A program made the translations under genes and the position numbers. DNA of 60,651 nucleotides, the filler included, from Hausera hauseri (lineage: Eukaryota): the NCBI GenBank assembly GCA_046269625.1. It is 11 parts of 11 records of this genome, joined end to end, with 100 filler letters (N's around TTAATTAATTAA, not from the genome) between each part and the next. Parts side by side here need not be neighbours in the genome. Positions count along the whole stretch, not along the records: positions 1 to 6,956 come from JBJURY010048663.1; positions 7,057 to 11,177 come from JBJURY010748542.1; 9 more parts are not named here. The stretch is one strand, 5' to 3'. Positions 1 to 11,277 of the stretch are shown here, in pieces (the stretch's first letter is position 1; every line of letters begins with the position of its first letter). The notes below the pieces were generated by a model. The model was not told where the DNA came from and searched no databases. It saw only the letters and a program-made list of their open reading frames with translations.

Positions 1-2
1 AA

Positions 3-386
3 CGGCTTTCGGGTGAAAATTTGGATAAACTTTCTGATGCTCTACATCAATTAAACGTGGATTTAAAGTTGAACAAAACGACCGTGCAACAGCAATCTGT
101 CAATTTACTGGCGCAGAAAGCGAAATTGTTTGATTTTATCGGTTGCGAAATGTCTCATATGCCCGATGGCGATGATAGTGGTGGTTTAAAGTGTCGACTT
201 AACATTGAATTTCAAGGATACAAGGAAAAATCTGGTATCAGAAGCCCGATTTGGCGTGTAGCTGAAGCATATTTTAATTATCAATTAATTTTGATGTTGT
301 TGTTTTACCGTTCTTCTTTTTATTCTTCTTTCATCAGCCCAAATAACGAGTATAAATATACGTGTAATTTTAAAAAATTGGCTTAA
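3..386 (+). CDS. 5'-truncated ORF of unknown function
   Basis: Open from the window edge. LNVDLKLNKTTV...FDFIG weakly recalls the RT L.LN..KT...F.FLG motif, but no catalytic motif is visible. Confidence 0.25.
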   Translation, partial: RLSGENLDKLSDALHQLNVDLKLNKTTVQQQSVNLLAQKAKLFDFIGCEMSHMPDGDDSGGLKCRLNIEFQGYKEKSGIRSPIWRVAEAYFNYQLILMLLFYRSSFYSSFISPNNEYKYTCNFKKLA

Positions 387-404
387 GAATAATAATAATG
401 AATG

Positions 405-867
405 ATGAAAGATTATCATAACAAACGAAAGTGTCTTTTTACCGAGACGTATTACAGCAATCAGTGCAGGCTACAATGTGTTTTCCCATGTCAATACGAA
501 AATTTCGGACAGCACAATCAAATGCATAAAGACTGGGGTTCAATTGGCGATTCCACCGGGTTACTATGGCCAACTTTTATGGAAAAGCGGACTGGCAAAG
601 CTCGGACTGACGATTGTGGGTGGTGGCGGTGTCATTGATTCAGATTTTCGCGGTAAAATTAAGGTGTTGCTGGAAAACCGATCCGGGGAACCGTATGCTT
701 TTTCGAAAGGTAGTGCAATCGCACAATTCGTTTTTCTTCCCTGTGAAGAGGCGGAATTCAGTATAATGTCACCGGAACAATGGGGATTGTTTTGTTTCAA
801 TAAAGCAACACGAAATGAACGCAAAGAATTTGGGTTTGGTGATATAGACAAAACCACCTATGTTTAA
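405..867 (+). pseudogene. dut: Trimeric-type dUTPase, 1-nt frameshift near the start
   Basis: All five motifs present: LPRRITAISAGYNV (in frame upstream of ORF 478), KSGLA, GVIDSDFRGKIKV, AIAQFVF and ERKEFGFG. Confidence 0.9.
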
Positions 868-947
868 TTATTGTGATGATAATAATAATAATAGTTATTT
901 GTTTTGCTTGTGTTATAAACAAAAATTGATTTTGTACATGATAAGTA

Positions 948-1508
948 ATGGCGACAGGATTTATAGATATTGAAGCTTTCCAAGATGATAATGCCCGCTA
1001 CCTGATAAAGGAATTATGCATTATGGACGTCGGTAACATTTTCAAACCGCTTCTGTACATATTCAAGTCCGTTATTGTGTGGAAAGACCTGATGGAAAAA
1101 GCGAAAATTACAAACGGATTTCTCTTTCGACATCGTCATGGACTTTATTGGTATGAAGGCAACTTAATTTTCTGTGCTACGTGTATTATTGGAGACATTT
1201 GTGATCGTTTTGATATTGAAAATACCATATTTTACATTAAAGATCAAATTGACGTACAAAAGTTTACACAACTCCATTCACAGTTTCCCGAGTTGTGAAT
1301 GACGACGTATTCAACATCTACATCAAATAGCTCGCTGACGATGGTACCTGACGGTATTATATGTCCATATCGTGGTCATGGACCGCATTGTGCTTACAAA
1401 AATGTCTACGGCTTTGTATTGAATATATTTCAGGCAAATAAATATATACGTATTTCTCTGTTTCTTCTTTCTTTCTGTAAAATAGGTTCATATTGGTCAA
1501 TTGAATAG
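948..1508 (+). pseudogene. Polinton-associated accessory protein with a DxE exonuclease-like motif and a C-terminal C/H cluster
   Basis: FIDIEAF...IKELC...HGLYWYEG; in-frame TGA at 1296-1298 followed by CPYRGHGPHCAYKN. This pattern resembles a Maverick accessory ORF. Confidence 0.6.
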
Positions 1509-1652
1509 TTCAAAACTAGTGTATGTATCATTGTGATAAGACAATATATATCTGTTGTGATGAGAGAAACTTACAAAGTAAATGTCTGTTGTTTACAATG
1601 AAAACGAAAGTTGATATAAATATGGATGTCTTCATTTCACTTTGTCTCTGAA

Positions 1653-2173
1653 ATGTCTGCACAACAAAACAACATCTACAACAACGACAGTTTAGTTGTG
1701 CCAGGGTGCAGTAAGTCCATTTAATTTTTACTTTTTGTCCCTAATGTGTATTTAGAAAGCAACAGTGAGTACAAGTACGGCCCATATTCCCTCAGACAGT
1801 CCAGAGTGTATAACGGGTACAATCTACATTTCCTGCGAACCCCTATTCTAGCGCAATTATCAACACCGATCAAAATGAACCAGGTAAAATATGGCCTGTT
1901 GGCAAAGAAAATAGGTGACATTGACTTGGATGCATTGGAGGAAACGATGAAGAAAGTGGACAATGATTTGATGTTGTCCAATGATATTCAGGACACAACC
2001 TCGCTTTTCCTTAAAGGCAACATGGCGAAAATTGTACGTCAAGTGGACAAACATCAGTTTTGCCAACGGAAGGAGTAAAAGGACACCTGACAATGAAGTT
2101 GAAAGGATATAAGGAACTGTGTGGTATTAAATTGCCAATGTGGAAATTGGAGAAGTTTACCCTAATGAATTGA
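1653..2173 (+). pseudogene. Unknown element protein, possibly OB-fold/SSB-like
   Basis: ATG at 1653 is in frame with ORF 1746-2078 across one stop. A frameshift near 2060 continues into GVKGHLTMKLKGYKELCGIKLPMWKLEKF. Converges on PolB. Confidence 0.35.
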
Positions 2174-2480
2174 CTTTAGTTTTTTGGTGTTTTTAGTTTT
2201 TGATTTGTAATAAAATTTATTTGAGTTTTTGTGTTGTGTTGTGTTGTGAAAAGTATGAAATTTTGAGTAATGAGATTTTTTTTCGATAACCCAACTTAAG
2301 CCTCATTTCCTTGTTATAAAACAGAAGACAAAAACTAGTGTACAAATACGTTATTGATCTCATGTACAGCAGATAAATGTAAAACAAACAAAGACCACAA
2401 ATGCCAATGGTTTGGCTGGTATGAATTGCATCTTTGTACTGACTGAACTATTTTGTTACTGACTGAGTAATGAGCGTGTG

Positions 2481-5400
2481 TTACCTCAAACGCCAATGTC
2501 CATACGTCCAACTCTTATTTCGCCTCACCCACTTTCGCTTGCCACCGTTGCATGACAAAGCAACCTTTTTATTTGTGACGATATACAGCTGGTGCTCAAT
2601 CGATCGTATGGTCATTTAAGACAAAACAATCTCAGTCTTCTCCGTCTTTTTGTCCATCATAGACACGGCGATAATTACCGTGACATATTTCCATCTGTTT
2701 CAGCTGGATGCCTTTTGCCCGCATTTTCGGCCTACAGTCTCTCAGAAGACTGTAACACTTTGGGTGCAAAAATATCCATTCCCTCTATTAAATCCGGCCT
2801 TCACTTTCGTCCTTGAAGCAGCCGATTTTGTTTGTTATCGCGCTGTTTTACAGTGGATGGTCTGGTTGGTAGTTGGACGTGTCCACTTGTCCATCTGACA
2901 TAATTTGTCGGAGCAGCTGGTCTCAATTTGTTTTTCAGCTCAAGGAAGAAGCTGTCTGTGTCACCGGCAACGATACTGATCTCACAGACGCCGCCGCCAC
3001 CACCTAACATTTGCCGGTAACGTGTCAAGTCGCGATACTGGAGCTCGTACATCCGAAACTTGCTCAGGTCCAATACCACTTGTCCGATGTAGCTTGGCCG
3101 GTTCAGTACGATTTCTTCCCTGTTAAGAAGCACGGCGACCGATCCATCGGCAATATGCATTGACCGCCGAAACTGCGCATTGCTGGTGTACGTAACCAGT
3201 CGTTTTTCGTTGTTGCACAGGCGCGCGTTGAGCCGCTTCTTCAGATTTTCCACTGTTTTCCCGTACAGTGAATTGTTTTTGAACTTGTAATAGTCCTTTT
3301 TGAACTTTGTACAAGCTGCAGCTTGTTTCCCGGAATTTCCATTAATGTACGCCTTGCATATCGGCGCCTGATTGAAGCGGATTGCACGATGCAGCTGTGT
3401 GACGCGTATACCGAGCTGCATATAAAACTGCAGCAGACGCCAATAAACCACGTAATTCGATTTGGGTTCATGCGTCATGAGCAATTTCTTTACTGTGAGC
3501 CGCCGGGTAGACATTGACTAATTGGTGCGACAGGCAGTTCATCCAGAAAGTCATGCAGCTCATCCGGTACAACGAGATCAACTTCCATTAGGTAGCCGAC
3601 TGAGCTGCTTTCTGTCGTGTTTTCTGCTGGCAGACTATCCAGCAATGTATCCAGTTCTTGGTTGTCCATTGTCCATTCAAATGAACCGTACGGCAAAGGT
3701 TACGAAAGCGCCCAGCCGTACAGGTTATTAACATCGATGTACAGCATTGACGTTGTATTATCGTCACCACTGGTTACGTGATGCTTGTTGACAAATGTCA
3801 TGCCGCCACGAATGCCAACGTCAAAAACTCGGGTCTTGTAGCAGCTCAATGTCCCGATCCAGTGACATTAGTGCCGATGCTCAACTCATTCCCGGTATTG
3901 AGTAAAAGTTGAGCGGTTCCAACCTATATTCCTCCAACGCTTTAGCCCGAAATGTCTGAAACGCATCGGCTAATAGGTACACATCGAGCTTTAGATACTG
4001 AAGCATGTAGTTTAACATGTTTTTACAATCGAGCACCGTCCAAGATTCCTGTGGTCTCTGATATTCATCTTCTGTGATACCTGTTTATCGCGACGGTAAT
4101 TCATCTGTTGCCCGGAGTCGCTCATATGACACGGCAAAGTCATACGGGAATATGCCTTTGCTGCATGCAATATGTGTGGGGAACTGCGTCAGTGTTAGCG
4201 GTACATCAAACAAGGCATTTACGAGCTTTGCTAGCGACTCATTGAGGAACTGCAATGAGTGAATAAATCGTACCTGAAACCGGTTTATGCGTGCCGATAG
4301 GGACAGGTACTTCTCCATCGTTGTTGGGATTATGAATAACTCTCAGTGCGAAAATCCGTTTATGGCCCATTTTAGAATATGGTGACAGTCATAACCCGTG
4401 AAGTTATGAAATATCACCGGCAGGAATGGCCGCACCCGTCTTGCCAAATTACATGCGTTGCATGCATGCTGCCAAGTATCGAGCGGTAAAATGGTCGTGA
4501 TCCGGTACGAGCCGTTCCGGTAATATTTTGTGGTGGCACAGGTAACATTCATCGGTGACTGCAAACTTCAGGCGTTCATCTTCATTTGTCCAAATCAGGG
4601 GTTTTGTGCTGTAATTGCGATATCACGGCGCGATTTCCGTTTCTACTATTGTTTCCAAACGCTGCAGGAAATCACGCACATAGTTCCAGTCGTGAAAGGC
4701 GTAATACTGCGGCTGACCGATCGCTTTTATTGGGACAATCAATATACCAACGGCTATTGGAACGTGTTTTTGATTATAAACGTTGTGCCGTGGTAGAATT
4801 GCCTCAATATCGGCATATACCACATATGCCGGACTGTCTGTTTTTGACCAATCTGTAAACCTGAGTTCCTTTTTGACGGGCATGACATACATTGTGGTTC
4901 CCGATAAATTTTGTCTGAACAGAGTCACATGTTTCTCCCGTGATGTTTTTGACATGAATCCATGCAGACATACAGGATACCATTTACATTGTATACGCTT
5001 TTGGACAAACTGATGGTGAACCATGTTAAGTAGTCTGTCCAATTCGGTTACTGCAATGTAGTGAAATTTATCTACTTGCTCCAGTAATAACAAATTTACT
5101 ACTGAGTGACCATTTGAGTTCCGACTTCGATAGAGTATATCTACATGAGGGTTTTTGTAAATTTCTTCATCCGCCAGTATTTCTACGACTGTGTTGTACC
5201 GAAACACGTTGATTGCCAATGTCGGATTACGTCGTTCAAAAGCCGGAATGGATTTCAGTTTCATCGGCATCCTGCTTTCATCAAAATCCAATTCGGAAAA
5301 ATATTTCTGATACTGTTTTGGACGAGGTGCAATAAGTCTGTCCACTTCGTCATATTTCAATACCGCCAGAATACTGTAAAGAAAAGGGTATTTACCGTTG

Positions 5401-6032
5401 GTATTTTTTACATTCACTATCGCCAGAGACTGCTTCAGAGCTGCAGGTGTCGGCATGAATGATCGTCCAGACAAATATATCATATCACTCGACTTTATTA
5501 TGGTAAAGCCGAGAGTGAAAATTAGTATAATTCGCTATTCACTACCCTTTTTGGTGTAGTTGACGATTTTTTCCTCGATCTTTTCACCTACGTCGGCAAT
5601 AAAATCTTCAGAATATGGTACGGCTCAATGTGACAAATACCATTGTTTCCTGTCACCTTCCAAATTTTCAAATTCTACAAGTGCATTATATTGCACTTTG
5701 CAGTGGTGTTGGTTTTGTTGGAATTTGGCCACCTCCATTTCCAATTGGTTACGCACATGAGCAGGTACATCTTTCAGTTGCGTTGCTGTTTTCGCCGTCA
5801 TGTCCACCTAACATCTGTTCAGGTCGTACTTGACTGTAATGTTGGGAATATTGGCCTCCTGTTCTTTTTGTTGATGCTGTTCCTGCTACTTCTGCTGCTG
5901 CTGATATTGCTGGGTACTGTTTTTGATTAAGTCATCAAGACTTGTTGAGGCCTGACGTTTCCTACTGGTTGTTGTTGTTGTTATTTTTGAAGGGGTGATG
6001 CTGCTGCTGTTGCCGCTGTTGTTGTTGTCCAT
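2481..6032 (-). pseudogene. polB: Protein-primed DNA polymerase B, Polinton type, with Endonuclease-VII-like insert
   Basis: Motifs GRSFMPTP..AIVNVKN, VVYADIEA, CNACNL, PVIFHNFTGYDCH, KGIFPYD, KFKNNSLYGKTVEN, AGDTDS and C-terminal IRSIEHQLY..KVALS..KR..TYGHW. Many stops and frameshifts. Confidence 0.92.
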
Positions 6033-6054
6033 AAATATTTGTTTCTTCGACCGC

Positions 6055-6477
6055 TTAAACTTGGTTTAAGTGGTCCTTGTGCAAATTATAGAATTGTTCA
6101 TAGTTGATTTGATTATCATTATCAACTATAGGACAACAACCGGGACAAACATAGGCTCATTTACTGTGCAGCGTTGTGGTGATGACCTAGTACTGCTCCA
6201 TTGCAGTATGGCAACCATCAACGTTATGCACTTTACTAGTACAGTAGTGTGGATATGTGGGGCAATGCGCAAGCATTATATTCTTGGGCCGCGTAAACGG
6301 TCCGAGATGATGCTTGTGCATCTTGTAAAAGTCAGCGTACGGGCACTGCGTTGAAATACTGCATGTTGGACGCACATGCGTGTCCATACCCACAGCGTAA
6401 TACTTCGCTATCTGCTGATGGCACTGCTCATGATCTGTGTGTATGCGTGATACGCAACACACGGGATGATGTTTACA
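6055..6477 (-). pseudogene. Tandem pair of Cys/His-rich putative Zn-binding domains upstream of PolB
   Basis: One frame with 2 stops: CKHHPVCCVSRIH..C..IAKYY..HVRPTC..FYKMHKHHLGPFTRPK and CPTYPHYCTSKVH..C..MEQY..YVCPGC..FYNLHKDHL. Confidence 0.6.
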
Positions 6478-6956
6478 TTTTTGAATGAAAAATAAATTAA
6501 AGTAAGCATAAAATGCAATATATATGTTGAGTAATGGTGGTTACAATAAGGGGTGAATTNNNNNNNNNNAGAAGCAAATTAAAGTAAGCGTAAAAATATA
6601 TTAAATTATTAATATTTTAAATAAAATAAACACTACTTCTATGGTGGGTGGTGGTGGTAGTCTAAGGGCGACTATAAATATTCAGCACTCAATGTCACTC
6701 AAGTAAAACAGACAGATGGAAAAGTACATAGAAAGTAAGATTTAGAGATTGACCTGTGACATTTTAACTGGCCATGTGTTTGATGTTTAGTACCTATGTG
6801 AGCTGTCAAAAACACGAATAATGAGCAGGCGAGAATATATTGAATTTATAGTCAGATCTCTGTTCGTAAACTGTATTGAAAATGAAATGAGACGAAAACG
6901 ACAACAACAATGACGAATTAATTTCCTTATTGGATTTGTATTTACTGCTTCGATTT

Positions 6957-7056
6957 NNNNNNNNNNNNNNNNNNNNNNNNNNNNNNNNNNNNNNNNNNNN
7001 TTAATTAATTAANNNNNNNNNNNNNNNNNNNNNNNNNNNNNNNNNNNNNNNNNNNN
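6957..7056. other. Artificial scaffold linker (44N-TTAATTAATTAA-44N)
   Basis: The same 100-bp linker recurs at 11178-11277, 15574-15673, 20213-20312, 26281-26380, 34679-34778, 39157-39256, 45666-45765, 50180-50279 and 54687-54786. Confidence 0.98.
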
Positions 7057-9360
7057 GTAAACAAGGATCATAAAGGAGAGGGGAAAGTAATGGAGCAGCA
7101 AAAATAAATAATAAGCAAATTATTATTTATTTTTAATTTCTTTAAATATTGGAAAAATAATAAATACTTTTAAAAACTCTTTGGACTTATATTTGAATTA
7201 TGAGGAAAAGAAACAAGCGAACTCCAGGATTTCGATCCTCCGACTTTACCGAGCAAAGTCTTCTTTATTGGCGATCCAACCAGGACAATGGAACGAGGTC
7301 ATTCAAGTTCTCTGAACTATCACGAACACTTCCGGAAATACTACGACGTCTCCCTTCGGCAATTTGATGGATTATTTACTGATGAGGCCAAACGATGGTT
7401 GGAAAACATGATTCATGCTAACAAATTTTTCGACGGCCGTTTGTGGAGCTATGTGAATTCCTGTTAACAGAACAAACCAGAGTTCTGCGGACGGATTTCA
7501 AACAAAAGAAGGGAAACCAACCGTCGGACGAAAAAGCCATAATATGGTTTAAAACGACGCTCATGAGGAAGGTGAACCTTTTCGATGAGGTGGTCGAATT
7601 AACCAACATGTATCAGAAAGAAGGAGAAAAGTTTCTGACATTTGAAAGCAGAGTGCGCCAAGCAACTGGCAAAATTTTTGAGTTGAACAAAGAAAATTTT
7701 GTTCAAGAAGTGCTACAAAAACGAATCAGCTCAAAAGTGCTAAAAGAGCGATTTGTTTTCAAACCAAAAATGACAGTGGAAGAGATGAGGGAAGAGGCTA
7801 AAATTTCGGGAGATAGCCAAACCGTAAAAGAGTTCAGAAAAGTGGTACCAGTGAAGAAACCATTCCGGGATGCGATAAAGTCTCCCAATTAAAATTTCGG
7901 AAAGACAGAATAGGTGAAACCAAAAGAATATTATAGAAGACCGTTCATACACAACAGTGGAAGAGAATATTCAAAGAAAGAAAGGTTTGAAATAAGGTCG
8001 ATGAACAACAACATTGCTCAGGACCAGAAACCACATGCCAGTTTGATCGCAGATAGGCGAAGACAGACTCCAACTCACTCTGCGTATCACGAAGCCAGTA
8101 ATCTCTACTGCCGCGTGAAACACCTACCAGCACAGAAAGAGGAAGTGATATCTAAGGGTGATTGTTTTTGCTGTGGAAAACATGGACATATCAGAAGAAA
8201 CTGCACTTTAAACTACTTATGTTTAAAATATGGAAAAAGTGGACACGGATTTAAAAATTGTTTCATATTACAACAGGTAAACCCGATGTGTATGGAAGGC
8301 ATGTATGAAGACCATGGAGACCAAATTGTGCCCTATGAAGGCAACGTGCAGGAAACTTTAAACCCAGGAAACTCTGCTGTGAGCATTTCGTCAGTGGAGT
8401 TCGCGTAGAAAATGTGCAAAACCGAGATGCAACAATCGTAGTGGGAAAAGATGGACGGTGGTGGAGTAGAGTCAAGCTGAACAATTGTCGAATAGAAATG
8501 TCGTTGGATAGTAGAGCCACAATGTCAGTAATCAGTGAAAAGATTTGGAAAGCTATAGGGCAACCTAAGCTAACGAAGTGCGCTATAATATTGACTGGAG
8601 CCTTTTCGAAAAGTGATGGTTGTTTGGAAAAAGTAAAAATCAACGTGTAGTGGGATAAGGAAGTACATGAGATTGAATTGATAGTAGTAAAAACAGTCAG
8701 GCCGCAAGTTATTGGGGGAATAGATATTTTAAGGGCATTTGGTATGAAATTAATGAAAACTGGCTTTAGTGGACCTCGAACGAGAAAAATAGCAGGTGAC
8801 AACCATGAGAAAACCAGAAATCGCGGAAGGTCAATTAGTGGAAGTTGTAAAACGCTACGAGCAGGTGTTTATGGAACATGATTACAATTTAGGATTTACG
8901 GATCTGATAAAACATAGAATCGAAACGGAGGGTAAACCAATTTTTTTGAATCCTAGAAGACAATCAGTACATATGCAAGGTAGAATTGAAGAATTTTGGA
9001 GACTTGGAGAAAGCGGATATTATTCGGAAATGCAAAAGTGAATGGAATTCGCTTTTAGTGGTCGCTCAAAAGAAAGATCGGGAATCCGAATTTGTTTGAA
9101 TTTTAGGAAGTTAAATGAAATAGCAAAGAAAATTACTTTTACAATGCCGGAATGTCGGACGATATTTGATGAGTTAGGCGGTTCAAGAAAACACATCATC
9201 AAGTCGCGTTGGATGAAGACTCCCAAGAGAAAACTATATTACAGCAAATCACAATAATATTGCTTTAGCCGAGTACCATTTGACCTCTCAGTGGTCCCGG
9301 AAACTTTTCAGCGACTGATGAATACATTTTTCGAATACTTACTGTTTGCGGGTGTTGTCA
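7057..9360 (+). mobile_element. Ty3/Gypsy retrotransposon 5' half (LTR end, PBS, gag, protease, RT), decayed and truncated
   Basis: PBS, then gag with two CCHC knuckles (CFCCGKHGHIRRNC, CLKYGKSGHGFKNC), protease LDSRATMSVI, and RT KHRIET, IRICLNFRKLN. Confidence 0.88.
7269..7285 (+). promoter_or_regulatory. Primer-binding site, tRNA-Arg-like
   Basis: TGGCGATCCAACCAGGA resembles the tRNA-Arg(ACG) complement TGGCGAGCCAGCCAGGA; an ATG follows at 7288. Confidence 0.65.
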
Positions 9361-9362
9361 TA

Positions 9363-9716
9363 CAATGCTGGAAATTAGATTAGAACAATAATGAAAGAAT
9401 AAGTTTTTTTCCAACTAAATCCACATTTTATTAAATCAAACTAACTTTATGCATGAAAATCACACAGTAACATCAGGCAGATGTCCTAGGAGTCTCATTA
9501 ACACAGAAATCATGCTCAATATTTTGTTGGCCCACCTCTAGGACGAATCACAACTACCAGGCGTTCTGGCATTGATTTAATCAGTGACGCACAATACTCG
9601 GCAGTCACCTCTGTTTGCCACACGCGCTTCATTTTCTCATCCAGATCACTCAGAGATGTGTGTGGTGTGCCTACAGTACCTAGCCAAGACTTAAGCAACG
9701 TGACTGCAGCATGCAA
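9363..9716 (-). mobile_element. Tc1/mariner 3' end inserted into the Gypsy RT
   Basis: C-terminal Tc1 motif CASLIKSMPERLVVVIRPRGGPTKY; terminus TA|CAATGCTGG at 9361-9371. Confidence 0.8.
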
Positions 9717-9779
9717 GCCAACTTAACAAGACGCATGAACCAATAAGACTGAAGGTGAATGAGACAGTTGCAATGCATG

Positions 9780-11030
9780 GCAGCCCCTATAAATACGAAG
9801 AAGTTCAGAAAGTCTCAAGAGTCTGTTCGATATTGCTGGCTGTCAGTGTGAGGACTTGTCGGAATGTTCGTGTGAGAAAGACGTAAAAGTTCGATGGCGA
9901 GAACATGCTTTTTTGACTGATCAAACATCGACTCGTTTGATGCAGATTGGTGGAGTGAACATAAGGTGACTGCATTGATGGAAAGACGAAGATCACGATT
10001 GGAGAGGGTGGCAGCGTTAAGAGTGAAAGCAAAAAAAAACTAGAAATCGACCAAGATGTTTCATCCACTGGTGACGTCGAATCAAGCGAAGTGGAATCAG
10101 AGTCAGGAGACCAGCGAGTTCATGACTGGAAAGATGACAGCGATCACGAAGATAACACTAACGAGAGGAACTTCAGAATAAGTCAATCCGACAATCTCCA
10201 TCATCCGGTCAGCAACAAGTCAGTCAATTCCAACAGTCGCTCTAGAGGCCGATCGCTATGGAGTTTCCAACAGGGCTACTGCAGCCATCTGTACTGCTAC
10301 TCTGATCGATTTTGGAATCGTCACAGAATATGATCGAACAAACATAGATTATAATAATAAAATATGGAGGACACATCGGAAAGGGCGAAAGGATCTGAAA
10401 GAAGTGTCATTTGCAGACGAGATGAGCGTTGTATTTTTTGATAAAAGAAAAACCAGACTTTAGTGAAGAAGATTGACGACATATGGTATGGGACAAAGAA
10501 AGTCGAGGATCACTACGTTCTGGTCGGAGAACCTGGAGGTTACTATCTTAGCCATAGGACACTAGAACGAGGAAGTGGTACTGTCATTTCAGACGAACTT
10601 TACCACGCCACTGAAGAAATGGATATCATCAATAAAGTCGTCGCATTAGGTGCTGACAGCACGGCATAGAACAGGAGCCATTCGTTTAGTGGAATGTCGG
10701 CTTGGACGTCCTTTGCACTGGTTTGTCTGCAGTGTGCATTTAAATGAGCTCCCTTCCTGACACTTGTGCCAGAGACTTATTGGACCATCTCAAAGCCCAA
10801 GTCTATTGAAGGGTTCCATCGGCAAGTCGCTGTCTTCGTGTGAGCTTTTGCCAATGTCAAAAACAGGATTTCAAGCCATCAGAGGCGATATTACTCTACC
10901 AGACATCGACTACGATGACATCAGCTGTGATCAGGTCTACCTGTACAGAAAGATTTCAGCAATACGTAATGATGCCATCAGTAACGGTCTCTTACGTGAA
11001 AAGCCAGTGTTAGTAGATCGCGTATCTACC
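9780..11030 (+). mobile_element. hAT-superfamily (hATm-like) transposase remnant
   Basis: ADRYGVSNRATAAIC, FFDKRK, EDHYVLVGEPGGYYLSH, ALGADSTA, LGRPLHWFVCSVHLNELP, DDISCDQVYL across frameshifts. Confidence 0.75.
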
Positions 11031-11277
11031 ATTCCGACCTCAACGTCATTCGGTAATTGTAAGACTGAATTATTCATTAGAAATTTATTATAAAAGTTGA
11101 TATAACAATTATCTCCTTCACTCATTAAATGATTCTTCTTTTCATCCTTTTTTGAATTTCCTGATTTTATATTGGCTNNNNNNNNNNNNNNNNNNNNNNN
11201 NNNNNNNNNNNNNNNNNNNNNTTAATTAATTAANNNNNNNNNNNNNNNNNNNNNNNNNNNNNNNNNNNNNNNNNNNN

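Larger units (their letters stand above)
1..6956. mobile_element. Polinton/Maverick (adintovirus-like) element fragment A, decayed
   Basis: Protein-primed PolB on the minus strand, plus dUTPase and a Polinton-type accessory ORF on the plus strand; compact virus-like layout. No capsid, ATPase, integrase or TIR is visible in this segment. Confidence 0.8.

Noticed and set aside
564-857. Antisense ORFs overlapping dUTPase (and similar ones over PolB, pol and env)
   Set aside because: Shadow ORFs of the recognised genes, with no independent motifs.
6049-6067. Shared DNA motif GACCGCTTAA(A)CT(T)GGTT upstream of both PolB ATGs (also 13263-13279), with a TAAG late-promoter look
   Set aside because: It can be explained as coding sequence (KRS) in the N-terminal extension; two short instances are not enough to call it regulatory.
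6494-6595. Direct repeat AAATTAAAGTAAGC.TAAAA flanking a 10-N gap
   Set aside because: Likely a scaffolding overlap artefact at the gap.
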